Positions 41,889 to 54,096 of a stretch of 64,000 bases of DNA are shown here, piece by piece. The notes below the pieces were generated by a model. The model did no database searches, had not been told where the DNA came from, and saw nothing but the letters and a program-made list of their open reading frames with translations. The first letter of the stretch is position 1. The number at the start of each line of letters is the position of its first letter. The DNA is from Octopus sinensis (Eukaryota): assembly GCF_006345805.1 (NCBI RefSeq), contig NC_043009.1:25172001-25236000 (forward strand). Reading direction: 5' to 3'. The translations under genes were made by a program, and so were the position numbers.

Positions 41889-43084
41889 CATTCATCTATC
41901 TATGTCCTGTTCCTCACGTGTTGCTCGTATTTTACCCTTCAAAGTACCCCCTTACCAACCAAACAAGCGATCTACTCAGCTACGCCGCTTTATATATATC
42001 ATCATCATCATATATATATATATATATACATGTGTGTGTGTGTTTATGTATATGTGTGTATATATAACCTTTCCCTAAAGTCCCATTTATCGACCTCTGC
42101 AGTCGCTCGAGCTGCTAGAAATACCAGCTAAATCTCCTTCAAATCATACCATACTGCCATAACACACACACACGTGAGTATGTGGTCCGGTGTACGCATG
42201 TTTGGGACATTTTTGATCGTAGGTCTTCTCGGTCATGGCTAGCCTAGGGCTGAACAACAACAATAACAAATACCTCTTTACCGTTGTTAGCTTTACTCTA
42301 TGTAGTCGGTATCGTTTTCTCCTTGACAGTGCTAAAGGGCATCGCTGCATGATCGTTCGATCTGTTAAGAAATAGAAGTCAACTTCCCCTAAAATAACAC
42401 CCTTCTGTCTTAGAGAGAAAAAAAGTGCCACATTAAGTAATGTTTGGATACTTTTATATATATATAAACTGGATGGTCGAATCTGGAATGTCTTTGATTA
42501 TCGGATAAATGAGGTTTGACTTGGCTCAGAATAACGAGGCAACGATAGCTTGTATTTAGTTGTTTGGCCTGCTAGAAATGGCAGCCAAATCTCCTTTAAA
42601 TTATGCCTTAAAAATGAATGATACAAATGGGAGACAGCTGGATCAAAGATGGATCGCCATTCATCATAGGTTTGCTTATTCTGGACTAACCTGAGTTTTT
42701 GCTTTCTTATACGATAGCTGTGTGGTCAAGAAGCTTGCTTTGCAGCCACATGTTTTCTGGTTCAATCCCACTGCATAGCACCTTAGGCAAGTGTCTTTTT
42801 CTGTAGACCTTGTGAGTGGATTTGGTTGAGAGAAACTAGTGAAGCCCGTTATGTGTGTTTTTCTTTATCTCCCTCACTTCCACTGCTTGGCCACTGGTAT
42901 TGGTTTGTTTATGTCCCCTTAACCTGGCAGTTTAGGAAGTGACCAACTTGAAACCATGTAGTTGGGAAGTAGACTTCTTACCAGCTCCATACTTGTGCCT
43001 ATATATATATATATATATATATTTACACACACATATATATATATACTACAAAGTAAGATAGGGGTTATGGGTGTATCCCACTAT

Positions 43085-43121
<37 letters not shown>

Positions 43122-43772
43122 TTGTCGTCATCATTTAATGTCTGTCTTCCATGTTAGCTTGGCCTGGATGGTTTGATAGGAGCTGGCCAGGCAGAAGACT
43201 GCACCAGACTTCTGTGTCTGTTTTGGCACAGTTTTTATGACTGGATGCCCTTCCTAAAACCAGGCACCTCGCAGAGCAGACTGTCCACTCTGTAAGGTGG
43301 TAAACACATATAAACATACATTCACAGATGCATACATCTGTGTGTGTGTTAAGAAGCTTGCCTCCCAACCATGTCTGGGGTTTAGTCCCATAGTACAGCA
43401 TATTGGACAAATATCTTCTACTGTTGCCCCAAGCTGATCAAAACCTGAGTGAATTTGATAGACAGAAACTCAAAAAGGGAGCTCATTTTATATATGTATG
43501 TGAGCATTTCTGTGTGCGTGCCCTTATCTTGACATCACTTGGTACTTGTAAGTGACCATCATTGTCATACAAGTGAAATTATTCATTTACAATAAACTGT
43601 GGAAAACCTGTCAGGCCATGGGGGAATATTAGCTTGCTGGAAAACCAGTGGCTGTTGGTGACAGAAAGGGTATTTGGCCTTAGAAAACCTACCTCAGCAA
43701 ATTCCATGTGACCTGTGCAGGCATGGAAAAGTGAATGTTAAATGTTGATGATGATGATATATATATGTATAA

Positions 43773-43853
<81 letters not shown>

Positions 43854-45027
43854 ATCCATATTTTTCTATGTTTGCATGAATGAGATGTGAGTTTATTGGG
43901 GGAAGATTTTTTTCACCTGGATTGGCCCTTCTAGGCACCAATCCCCACCTGTTTCCAAGCAAAGTAACAATAATCTCCCAGTTTATCAAGTGACATCATG
44001 AACATGGATATGTGGAGAATTGGAGAGAAACAACACAACATGAATAAACCTTTTGCTCAGGCTTGCTTTCACAGTGGAGTGCAAGCAAAGGACACTGCTT
44101 GCATAAACAGTAATGCCTTTGTTTACTGTCACTGAATACACATGAGGATGAGAGGCAATACAAACACACAGAAAAATGTACTTTTCTTATATTTCCCAAA
44201 TTTCCCATAAAATTCAAATATAGATGATGCCTACCTTAGTCTTAATGCACAAATAATAGAAAGATTTGAGCACATGTATGTGTTTCCAAAGATAGGGAAG
44301 AGAGCAGTCTTATGTTGTCATAACTGCCATCATCATTTAATGTCCATTTTCTGTGCTGACATTGGTTGGATGGTTTAACAAGAGGTGGTGAGCCAGAGGA
44401 CTGCATCAAGCTCCAGTGTCTGCTTTGGCATGATTTCTACAGCTGGATGCCCTTCTTAACACCGACCACTTTACAGAGTGAACTGGGTGCTTTTTATGTG
44501 CAACAGGTACTAACAAGATCACCAAGTAACTCACAAGACAAGACTCCTCCACTGAGGTAGGAAGCAGCATTGAGGGAGATGGCTTTGTGCTTGGTGATGT
44601 GAGGTATTATGACTGAGGGGTAGAAAATTATATTTGACTCCGCACTGCTTGTACTGGGTCTTTTATTCTGTTCAAACTTACTTTTTTATTCATATAAAAT
44701 ATTATATATATGTGCATGTGTGTACATCAATTTACATAAATGATAATAAATAAACAAGGATTAACCAATTTCATCAGCCAACTTTTCATTCAAAGTCATT
44801 ATAATTTCAGTCCTTGCGAAAAGTTGGGCTTGATTGTCTGGAAAGCAGCAGGGAGGGAAAAAAAAAAGCCATATGAAGTAGATTCTTATGACTGAAAAAA
44901 CTCAGTACAGACATAAGACTGGTTTGCAAAACATGAACAAATGCATACAGAGCATGAATGAAATACACACAAAAACACACACATACATACATACATATAT
45001 AACCGTCTCTTTTTCTTTGTTTATCAG

Positions 45028-45231
45028 CTGAAGTTTATCGGGCCATCAATTGTTCAGCCAAAGACCAGGCTTTAAGACCATCAAGGTTCCTTACAAGGAA
45101 TTTCTCCAGCCCATTGCGAAGTATATGTTCCAGCCGTTATTTGAGCTCATCTGCTCAAGAATCAGTCGATGACAGCAGTAGCACCGAGGATGATTACCAT
45201 TCCATCATAAAAAGCGATGAATGTGCAAAAG
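45028..45231 (+). CDS. TRAP1: TRAP1/HSP75 second coding exon (AEVYRAINCSAKDQALRPSRFLTRNFSSPLRSICSSRYLSSSAQESVDDSSSTEDDYHSIIKSDECAK-G)
   Basis: Polypyrimidine tract + ttatcAG acceptor (45026-27), 204 nt open, phase 1 to phase 1, AAG|GTAAGA donor. EDDYHSIIKSDECAKG resembles vertebrate TRAP1 EEPLHSIISSTESVQG (recalled sequence), where a phase-1 intron also splits that Gly. Confidence 0.82.
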
Positions 45232-45633
45232 GTAAGACTTTGTTTTTTTTTTTTTACAATATCATTTTTGTTTATTTCTTTATTTTACGTCTGTTTTTTC
45301 AGGCCAGCATTGGTTAGATGAGTATATTATTGAGGCATTGTTTAACTGCCAGATGCCCTTTGCCCTTTATCTATTTTTAGTTATTTAGCTTCATAATGGT
45401 CTCTTATTTAGTCAGCAATTTTGAGAGGAGGGGTTCATACCATTGACCTCACTACATTACTGGCATTTCATTTTATTGGCTCTTAGGGGGAATGAAAGGC
45501 ACAACTTACTGAGGCAATCCTCATACAAATATATATGTATATATATATATATCATGGTTTATAATCATTCAAAAGAAGATAAGAAAATATAGCATTTAAT
45601 AAAAATTTATTATCTTCAAAAATCAAACATAGT

Positions 45634-45701
45634 CCCTTACAGCTGTTTCAATTCAGCTTAAAGGATTAAAATCATTTTATTTGGCAAAACTCTTCAGAGG
45701 G
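45634..45701 (-). ncRNA. Hammerhead motif, family 3 (GAAAC-AGCU-GUA), canonical core
   Basis: cccu CUGAAGA (41 nt, weak helix II) GAAAC AGCU GUA aggg: 4-bp helix I. Confidence 0.55.
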
Positions 45702-45934
45702 GCAGAAAAAAGATATACTGTTAGGTTTTTAATATGTTGTGCCTTAGAATCATTGCAGCAGACTTACTTTCTTTTGAATGATCATAAACCATGATTTATA
45801 TATAAACTTATTGTTTTATGAATATCATCATTCATAACAAATATTAGGTATTAAACCAGTAATTCATTGGTTGATACCATCTCTTAATGAGGCTAATTTA
45901 ACCTCTAATTGAATTTATATTTATTTATATATAT

Positions 45935-46195
45935 ATATAAATTAGTATACATTTAAACACAAAAGAGGCCAGCTTTAACAGGTTGCCTAGCATGCTAGAA
46001 AGAACAGTCAAAAAGTCCAAACCACAGTTAAGAGCAATTTCAAAGGGAATGGAAAATAAAAACATTTACCATGTTTTACTCCCTTCAAAATTGCTCTTAA
46101 CTGTGGTTTGAACTTTTTGACTGTTCTTTCTAGCATGTTAGGCAACCTGTTAAGGCTCGCTTCTTTTGTGCTTAAATGTACACTAATTTTTATAT
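45935..46195. repeat. Long palindrome, ~115-bp arms with ~20-nt loop, TA-flanked
   Basis: Arms differ at about 10 positions on manual alignment. Confidence 0.9.
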
Positions 46196-46824
46196 GAAAA
46201 ATATGTCTATTGACTTTGTATACATACTAGGCCACTGGTAGAAAAAATTTCTATAATTTTTCCTACCCTATATTAATTTATATATGTATGTATGAGTGTG
46301 TGTGTGTGTGTCTGGTGGCATGTAAAAAGCACCCAGCATATTCTGTTAAGTAGTTGGTGCTAGGAAGGGCACCCAGCCCCAGAAATCATGCTGCAACAGA
46401 CAATTGTAGTCTGGCCAGCTCCATGTCAAACCGTCCAATTCATGCCAGCATGGAAAGCGGACGTTAAACAACGATGAGGTGTCCATATTAAATCCCTTCC
46501 CCACAACATATCTCCCCTATACCCTCTCCGTTTACCAGGGCCATTCATCACATCCCTCACTCTAGGTCCCTCTCACTCACCCTCTCCGATCCCTGGTCCA
46601 TTTCACTATATACACCACCCCTGTAACTTGGGTGTATGGTCCCTTCCTCTCATCTCCATCACATCTTCACCACTTTTTCTTCTTCTTCTCTCTCTCTCTC
46701 TCTCTCTCTCCATTTGAGGTAACCATATTTCTCTTCTACTGCAAGACACTCAAAGTTGAGGGATCTTGTCCTGCTGTTCATTATTTACATTTGATGGATA
46801 TTTGTCCTAATCTTGTTTGTTGTT

Positions 46825-46867
46825 AACACATTTCGGCTGATATACCCTCCAGCCTTCATCAGGTGTC
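46825..46867 (-). ncRNA. Hammerhead motif family 1 (cleavage triplet deleted)
   Basis: gacac CUGAUGA a ggcug gaggguauau cagcc GAAAU guguu; the GUU triplet is missing. Confidence 0.55.
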
Positions 46868-46995
46868 TTGGGAAAATTTCGAACCTGAGTTCTCGTTCCT
46901 AAGGTATTTTTCAATGTTGTTGTTATTATTATTATTATTATTATAACATCGAAAACTACCTTAGGAATGAGAACACAGGTTTGAAATTTCCCCAA

Positions 46996-47038
46996 AACAC
47001 CTGATGAAGGCTGGAGGTTATATCGGCCGAAATGTGTT
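46996..47038 (+). ncRNA. Hammerhead motif family 1 (cleavage triplet deleted)
   Basis: aacac CUGAUGA a ggcug gagguuauau cggcc GAAAU guguu; inverted partner of the 46825 copy. Confidence 0.55.
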
Positions 47039-47594
47039 AACAACAAACAAGATGAGAACAAATATCTGTCAAATGTAAATATTATACATAATTCCTCATC
47101 TCTTAAATATAGAACTGTACTCTGCTGTTGCAGTGCTACACAAATAGCACCCGGTACACTATAAATTGGTTGGTGTTAAGAAGGGCATTCAGCTGTAGAA
47201 ACCATACTCAAACAGACAGCAGAGCTTGGCACAATTCTCTGACTTGACAGTTCCTGTCGGACCATTCTCCCCATGCCAGTGTGGAACATGGATATTAAAT
47301 GATGATGATGATGTTTTTGTGTGTCCTTGTCTTATCATGTAATAGTTCTAAATGAATGACACCATCATACAAGTGATGCTGTTCGTCTCCAATCTTCCAT
47401 GAAAGACATGTCCAACCATGGAGAAATATTACCTCCATTGAAAACAATTGCGGGTTAGCGAGCAACCAACCTGAACCGGGCAACCAAACATAGAAAAATC
47501 TGCTTCACCAAATTCCTCCTGAGCCATGCAAGCATGGAAAAGTGGACATAAAAACAAATGATGATGCATATATATATAATCAATATATACATAT

Positions 47595-48180
47595 AGGTGT
47601 GGCTGTGTGGTAAGATGCTTGCTTCCCAGCCACATGGTTCTGGGTTCAGTCCCACTGCGTGGCACCTTGGACAAGTGTCTTCTACTATAGCCTTGGGCCG
47701 ACCAAAGCTTTGTGAGTGGATTTGGTAGATGGAAACTGAAAGAAGCCTTTTGTGTGTGCATATATATATATATAGGGAAAGTTTACGAAAAAAACAAAAG
47801 ACGAAGACAGGTGGTGTACAAAACAAACAGATGTATTAGTATAACGCTCAGGAATAGAAAAAGTCTTTTATGTTTCGAGCCTACGCACTTCTACAGAAAA
47901 GTACACAGAAAAAACAAGGAGAGAAAAAAAAATGTGTGTAGTGGCTGTATGTATGTATGTATGTGTGTGTGTGTCTTTGTGTCTGCTTGTCACCATCACT
48001 TGACAACCGTTGTTGGTGTGTTTACATCCCCAAAACTTAGCTGTTTGTCTAAAGAGACTGATAGAATAATTACTAAGCTTACAAAAAATAAGTCCTGGGG
48101 TTGATTTCTTCAACTACAAAATATTTTAAGGCAGTGCTCCAGCATGGTTGCAGTCAAATAACTGAAGTAAAAGAATAAAA
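47595..48180 (+). mobile_element. SINE family A, split by a family-2 hammerhead element in its internal (TA)n
   Basis: Head at ~47595-47760, insert ~47775-47935, tail ~47960-48180. Confidence 0.75.
47865..47901 (-). ncRNA. Hammerhead-like motif, family 2
   Basis: cuuuu CUGUAGA a gugc-guag-gcuc GAAAC AUA aaag. Confidence 0.5.
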
Positions 48181-49709
48181 GAATATATATTTAATATATA
48201 TATAATTTATATTCTTTTATCCTGTTTTGGTCATTAGACTGTGGCCATGCTGGGGCACTGCATATATGTGTGTGCACATGTGCATATATATGTGTGTGTG
48301 TGTGTATACTCACACACACACACATGCACAAACATACTACAAGGCATTCAATGCTGCTCTTGTATCATTTCTGTCAGCTTAACAATTTAATCACAACAAC
48401 AGCGATGATGACGATGATGATGATGATGCTGGCTTGAAATAGATTCTAGAACCATCCAGATAGTTTATTCCATAGGCCCATCTCCTTCTACGTATCACTT
48501 AATTCAATTTTCGAAATCCAATCATTCCCTGAAAGAGAAGTTATTAGCATTCCAGTACATTGACCAATTAGATAAATAAGTGATTGGGCTGTAGTGGCAG
48601 TGGTGGTGGTGGTGGTGGTGGTGGTGGTGGTCGCTGGTGGCAGCATGGTGGCAGTGGTGGTGATGGTTGCAGTTGTGGTGCTGTGTGGTTGCTGTAATGA
48701 TGGTTGTAGTGGTGGAGGGAGTGGTCAGGGTGGTGGGGATGGTTGTGGTGATGGTGGTGCTTGTAGTGGTAGTGGGGATGGTTGTGGTGGTGGTGATGGT
48801 GGTGGTAGTGGGGATGTTTGTGGTGGTTGTAGTAGTGGTTGCAGTGGTGGTGGTGATGGTTGCAATGCTGGTAGTGGTGGTGGTTGCAGTGCTGGTAGTG
48901 GTGGTGATGGTGATAGTTGTGGTGGTGCTGGTTGTGGGCAACATGGCGGTCATGATTGTGACGATGATGGTGATGGTGGTAGTTTTGTTTGACATTAACA
49001 TGATGATGGCGGTGATGTATGCAGTAGTAGTAGTAGTGGGGTGTAGGGGGTCATGTTGATAATGATGATTGTGATGATAATGATGTTATCTGGGGGAATT
49101 TTATTTATTTATTTATTCTTTTTTGCTTTGTGGAATTGTAACTTTTGTCTTGCAGAAAGTACTATAGCACCATTATTATTATTATTAGTAGTAGTAGTAG
49201 TAGTAGCAGCAGCAGCAGTAGTAGTAGCAGTAGCAGCAGCAGCAGCAGCAGCAGTGGTTGAGGTGCTGGTGTAAGTTAAAGTACATTATTGCTGGGTGAT
49301 GTTGATTGACTTTAGGGGGTGTAGGCCAGTAGGAAGGGAGGGGTCTGGGGGTTGTATAAAGTAGGTGTTGATGACGATGATTGTATCAGTGTTGATGATG
49401 AAGGCTTGAGGATCTTTGCTAATGTGCACGGCTGCTCTAAATTGGGTTGCTAATTGGCTTGGTGCGTCAGCTTCATTGCAGTAAGTTTGGTAAACAGGCT
49501 TATTGCTGCAAGTGATGGCACCAGTTTTTAAGTTATTCAATTCAATTCCATCAAAGTCTTCTTCAGCTGATAATCGAGTCTCTTTTGGTGGTGTAGCAGC
49601 ATCGTGTCGTCTTGTTTATTAGTGGACAGACAAGTCTTGATGAGGAAAGCAAAATGACAAGAGAAAAAAAGAAGATAATTTTTACTGGATTTCCAAGCTG
49701 TCTCTTCAT

Positions 49710-50170
49710 CTGTTGCTAACTACAGCTGTGTTGTTACTATTGCTAACCATCTTACATTATTGCGAGCTGCAACAGCGTTAACTATTGCGTTGTTGCTAAC
49801 CATAACAGCTCTGGCTCTTGCGATGTCGTTAATGCATTTGTGCTCACAGCAATAGTGTTACGTTTTTGTGCTGTTGCTAACCACCTCCGCATTACTACTA
49901 GTCATTGTGGTGTTAATGCTTGTGCTGTTGCAAGCTGCAACAGTGTTAATTCTTATATTTTTGCTCACTGCAATGACAACATTAGCACTTTTTTGTTGTT
50001 GTTTCCAGCTCTTTTTGTTAACCACACTGGTGTTAACTTTTGGGCTGTTGCTAACTACCATTACCTACATTGTTGCTAACCACAGTAGTGTTAACTCTTG
50101 TTACTTGCTACAAGGACATTATCCGTTTTTGATGTTGATGGCTCTTATTGCTAGCCGTAACAGTGTTAAC
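49710..50170. repeat. Degenerate minisatellite with recurring GTGTTAAC and GTTGCTAAC
   Basis: Five exact GTTGCTAAC copies (~49712, 49792, 49873, 50047, 50072) plus variants. Confidence 0.7.
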
Positions 50171-50231
50171 ATTCTATGCTGATAATGATTTTTATTGCTA
50201 TTATTTCTAGGAGATCAAGTGACCCTCCAAA

Positions 50232-50640
50232 GCAGGATCTCCAATCTTTTCACTACCAAGGACCTCCACTTTTTATTTAACCCTTTTGTTACCATAGCAC
50301 TGTTGAAATAAGGTGCCTGTGCTTTGATTCATTTTGAAAATAATGAAGAATTCAGGAAAAACTTTTGTCACGATTAAACCTGGGTTTGGACCATAAACTA
50401 ACATGATATTTTGAAGAAAGGTTTTCAATTTAGATTACATTAAAAACTGGAAGTTTAGGTCACAGAACCACATTGTTTTTGGTGGTTTGGTATGAAAAGA
50501 ATTTTATGAATTTTCCCACTGACTCCCAGATTTTTCAAAAGTCTATATACTTCAACAAATTTTGAACTCAGCTCATGGACCAATGAACAGTCTTTGTGGG
50601 TCACTCCCAGTGATCTGCTGAAACCCTGAGTATTACCTCT
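50232..50640. mobile_element. Second, more decayed copy of the hAT MITE, interrupted at TTAA by a piggyBac-like MITE (~50281-50500)
   Basis: cttttcactac(c/t)aaggacc and ttcatggacca are shared with the 53399 copy. The insert starts TTAA|CCCTTTTGTTACC and ends with a degenerate ggtatgaaaagaattt. Confidence 0.5.
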
Positions 50641-52638
50641 GTGGCACCCCTTCTGCAGCGTGTGCCTCTCTTTACCAGTACTATCTTTGTGAACATCCCC
50701 TAGTGTATAGCCTTCCCTGTTAGCTTGTACGGTTAAGGGGTTTATAGGGGTTGCTTTTGTGCAAAACTGGGTCTTCTTAGAGGCAACCCCATTCATCTAT
50801 TGATAGGGAACAATGGATTGCACGGGATGAAGCTAGGAGTGATTTGATTGCTGAAAAGGAGCCACATGTTTGCTCCTGCTGTATAATGGTGGTAGTGGTG
50901 GTCAGCCTAGCTACAGAGAAATGGTGGCATGATTGTATTGACAGGGTCTTCACAGCCATCATCATCATAATAATCCCTGCCACATTACCATCACCACCAT
51001 CATCATTGTCATGATCATCACCATCGTCACCATCACAGTAGCCATTCCTACTTGTACTATAACTTCATTATCATCATCACCATCATCGTCATCATTATCA
51101 TCGTGTCATTATTATCATCATCACCATCACAATAGCCATTCCTATTTATACTATAACTGGCTTTCATCATCATCATCACCATCATCGTCATCATCATTAT
51201 CATCGGTGTCATCATCATTGTAATCATCATCATCACAATAGCCATTCCTATTTATACTATAACTGGCTTTCATCATCATCATCGTCATCATCATCAACGT
51301 CATCATCATCATCGTCGTCGTCGTCATCCTATTATATCTATTCTGAAATAGCATGGTTTGTATAAAAATCAATCTTGTGTGTGTGTGTGAGAGAGAGAGA
51401 GATAGTGTGTCTGAATGTGTGTATGTGTTTGAGAGTGTGTGTGTTGTGAAATGTGGTCAAAAGGTGAGTAGGGGGGGAGTATGTGTCATTCCACTGCAAG
51501 AGTAGCAGGAAGTAAGACCAATGGTGGTGGTGGTGTTGGGTGGACAGAGGCTGACTGTCCATTCCAGCCAACCTACTGGTCAACCAGCCATCTGGCTAAC
51601 TGACCACTAGGCTGGTCAGTGTACAGAACCAAAACAACTGTCTCTGGACAACAGTCTAGCCAGTTCTCCGGACATAGTTACCTTGGTAACAGGAGCTCTG
51701 ATGTGGTCAGACTGATTGAATGCTTTAGAGTGTGAAGAATTGTGTGTGTGTGTGTGTATGTGTGAGTAAAAGAGAGGAGAGAATTTGTGTGTATATATGT
51801 GTGTGATGGAGAGAGAGTGTGTGAATGTCTGATTATTCCTGTGACGTGTGAAGGTATCTTTTTGTGTGTGTGTGTGTGTGTACTTGAGAGAAGTGAATCT
51901 GTGTGTGTGAGAGAGAGAGAGAGAAACTGCATATATGAGAGAAGCAGTATGTGTATCAGAACATATGTATGACTGTCATTGTGCACATGAATGTGTGTGT
52001 GTGTGTGTATGCAATTGTGAATCAATCGTGAAGCAACAGTTTCAATCCTGCTATGGGACATCTCAGACCAATGTCTTTTACCATTAGCTTCAGGTGAGAT
52101 CACATCTTGTGAGTGAAATTGGTTTCACGAAAACTGTGAAACCATCATCATTGTCATCAGCATCATCATTAGCATCATTTTTAACAGCCACTTTTCCATA
52201 CTTGCTTATATCAGATGGAATTTTTTGTGGCAGATTTTCTACAGCCAAGATGCACTTCCTGTTGCCACCACCCCCATCTGTTTCCAGGCAAGGTAGTAAT
52301 AGCACCTGTATGATGGTGACACTTACTTATGAGCATTACATTATGTTGAAACTAAGTGACACACAGACTCAAGTTTTCGTTATCATTTAACGTCTTTTCC
52401 ATGCTTGCCTGGGTCAGACAGAATTCATTGAAGCAGATTTTCAAGCGCCAGACGCCCTTCTTGTTACCAATCCTCACCCATTTCCAAGTAATGTAATATT
52501 TCCTTGTTACTAGATATGGAAATGAAGGACACCACTTGTACGACATTGATGCTTGTTTACAATGACCATGTGATATCAAGCCAAAGAGTAACACACATGT
52601 GCTCATACACATACAAACATACACACATCTGTATATTA

Positions 52639-53201
52639 TTGGGTTGTCTGGAAAGTTTGTGCAGATTTTTGAAGGAATAAAAAAGGTCAATAAATACTTG
52701 TCATTACATTTTTAATCAACCAAATATGAATCGTTTTGTTGCACAACACGTCTCCATCTTTCCTTTAACTTGAAATTACCCTCTTCGTAGAATTGAGGTG
52801 GTTTCATGACAAAGAATTCATCAAGGTATCTTTTTACATCATCCAAGGAATTGAAATTTTTACCATTAAGACTATTCTGCAGAGAACTGAATAAGTGGAA
52901 ATCCGAAGGAGCAATATCTGGTGAATATGGAGGGTGGGGTAACACATCCCAGCTGAGCTGCAGCAATTTTTGTCTGGTTCCCAAAGCATCAAGTGCTGAA
53001 AATGAACTTTCTTATCTTCCATTTTAAAGGATTACAAAACTAACACAGGTTATAGGAACATAAGCCTTCCACAAAAAGATAGCTTAAACTGTTCTCTAAA
53101 TGGAGGTGTTGTCAAATCCTATTTTATGGACTCAACCATGTTCTAAAATAAGTTGAAAGGTAAGCTACTATAAATCGGCACAAACTTTCCGGATAACCCA
53201 A
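52639..53201 (-). mobile_element. Internally deleted mariner element
   Basis: ~30-bp TIRs (TTGGGTTGTCTGGAAAGTTTGTGCAGATTT / AAATCGGCACAAACTTTCCGGATAACCCAA), TA flanks. N-terminal MEDKKVHFQHLMLWE is fused out of frame to the C-terminal WDVLPHPPYSPDIAPSDFHLF. Confidence 0.9.
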
Positions 53202-53398
53202 TATAATATATGTGTGTGTGTGTGATGGGCTTCTTTCAGTTTCCCTCCACCAAAACCACTCGCAAGGCATTGGTCAGCTGAGGGCTATGGGCTATCATAG
53301 ATGCTTGCTACTGGGGGACTGTACCCAGATCCACATGGTTGGGAAGCAAACCTCTTGACCACATAGCCAAGCCTGCATCCACATTTTACATTCTAGAG

Positions 53399-53961
53399 CA
53401 GTGGTTCCCAACCTTTTCACTACTAAGGACCCCTTTTATTTAAATGAGTTTTCCCACAGGCCCCTTTTAATATGCTTATCTTTATGTAGCCATAGTGGAT
53501 GAGTTTCTTTTGAGCATTGGGCCTGGACCTCACAGAGGCAAGGTGGTTGAGTTCCTTTCGAGCATTGGGCCCCATGGTGGAAAAGTGGTCAAGTTCCTTT
53601 CAAGTATTGGGCCTTACGGAGGCAATGACCAAGACCTTTGGCATCATGTCGTGCTTGAGAAGAAGACCCATCAAGCCAAGCAAAATTGCAGTTGTGGCAG
53701 ATATCGGTGTCATGCAAATGGCACCCATGCTGGTAGCATATTAAAATACCCATTACACTCTCGGAGTGGTTGGTGCTAGGAAGGGCATCCAGCCATAGAA
53801 AACCATGCCAAATCAGACTGGAGCCTGGCGCAGCCTTCCAGCATGCCAGCTCAGTCAAACCGTCCAACCCATGCCAGCATGGACAACGGATGATAAGATG
53901 ATGATGATGACATATATGAAATTTTGAATTTAGTTCATGGACCACAGGTTGGGAACCAGTG
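53399..53961. mobile_element. hAT (Charlie-like) MITE with a nested SINE
   Basis: TIR CAGTGGTTCCCAACC / GGTTGGGAACCAGTG (1 mismatch); flanks ttctagag / gtctagga share the TCTAG core typical of Charlie targets. Confidence 0.75.
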
Positions 53962-54096
53962 GTCTAGGAAGAGAACGGTATTGAGGAGAAGTTGACTATA
54001 GCTATCGTCCATTTGTTTATTATTTACTGTAGTGGTACAGGATGGGGTAGTGTAGAGGTTGTATTGGGAGCAAGACAATAGGGTACTGTTGTTATA

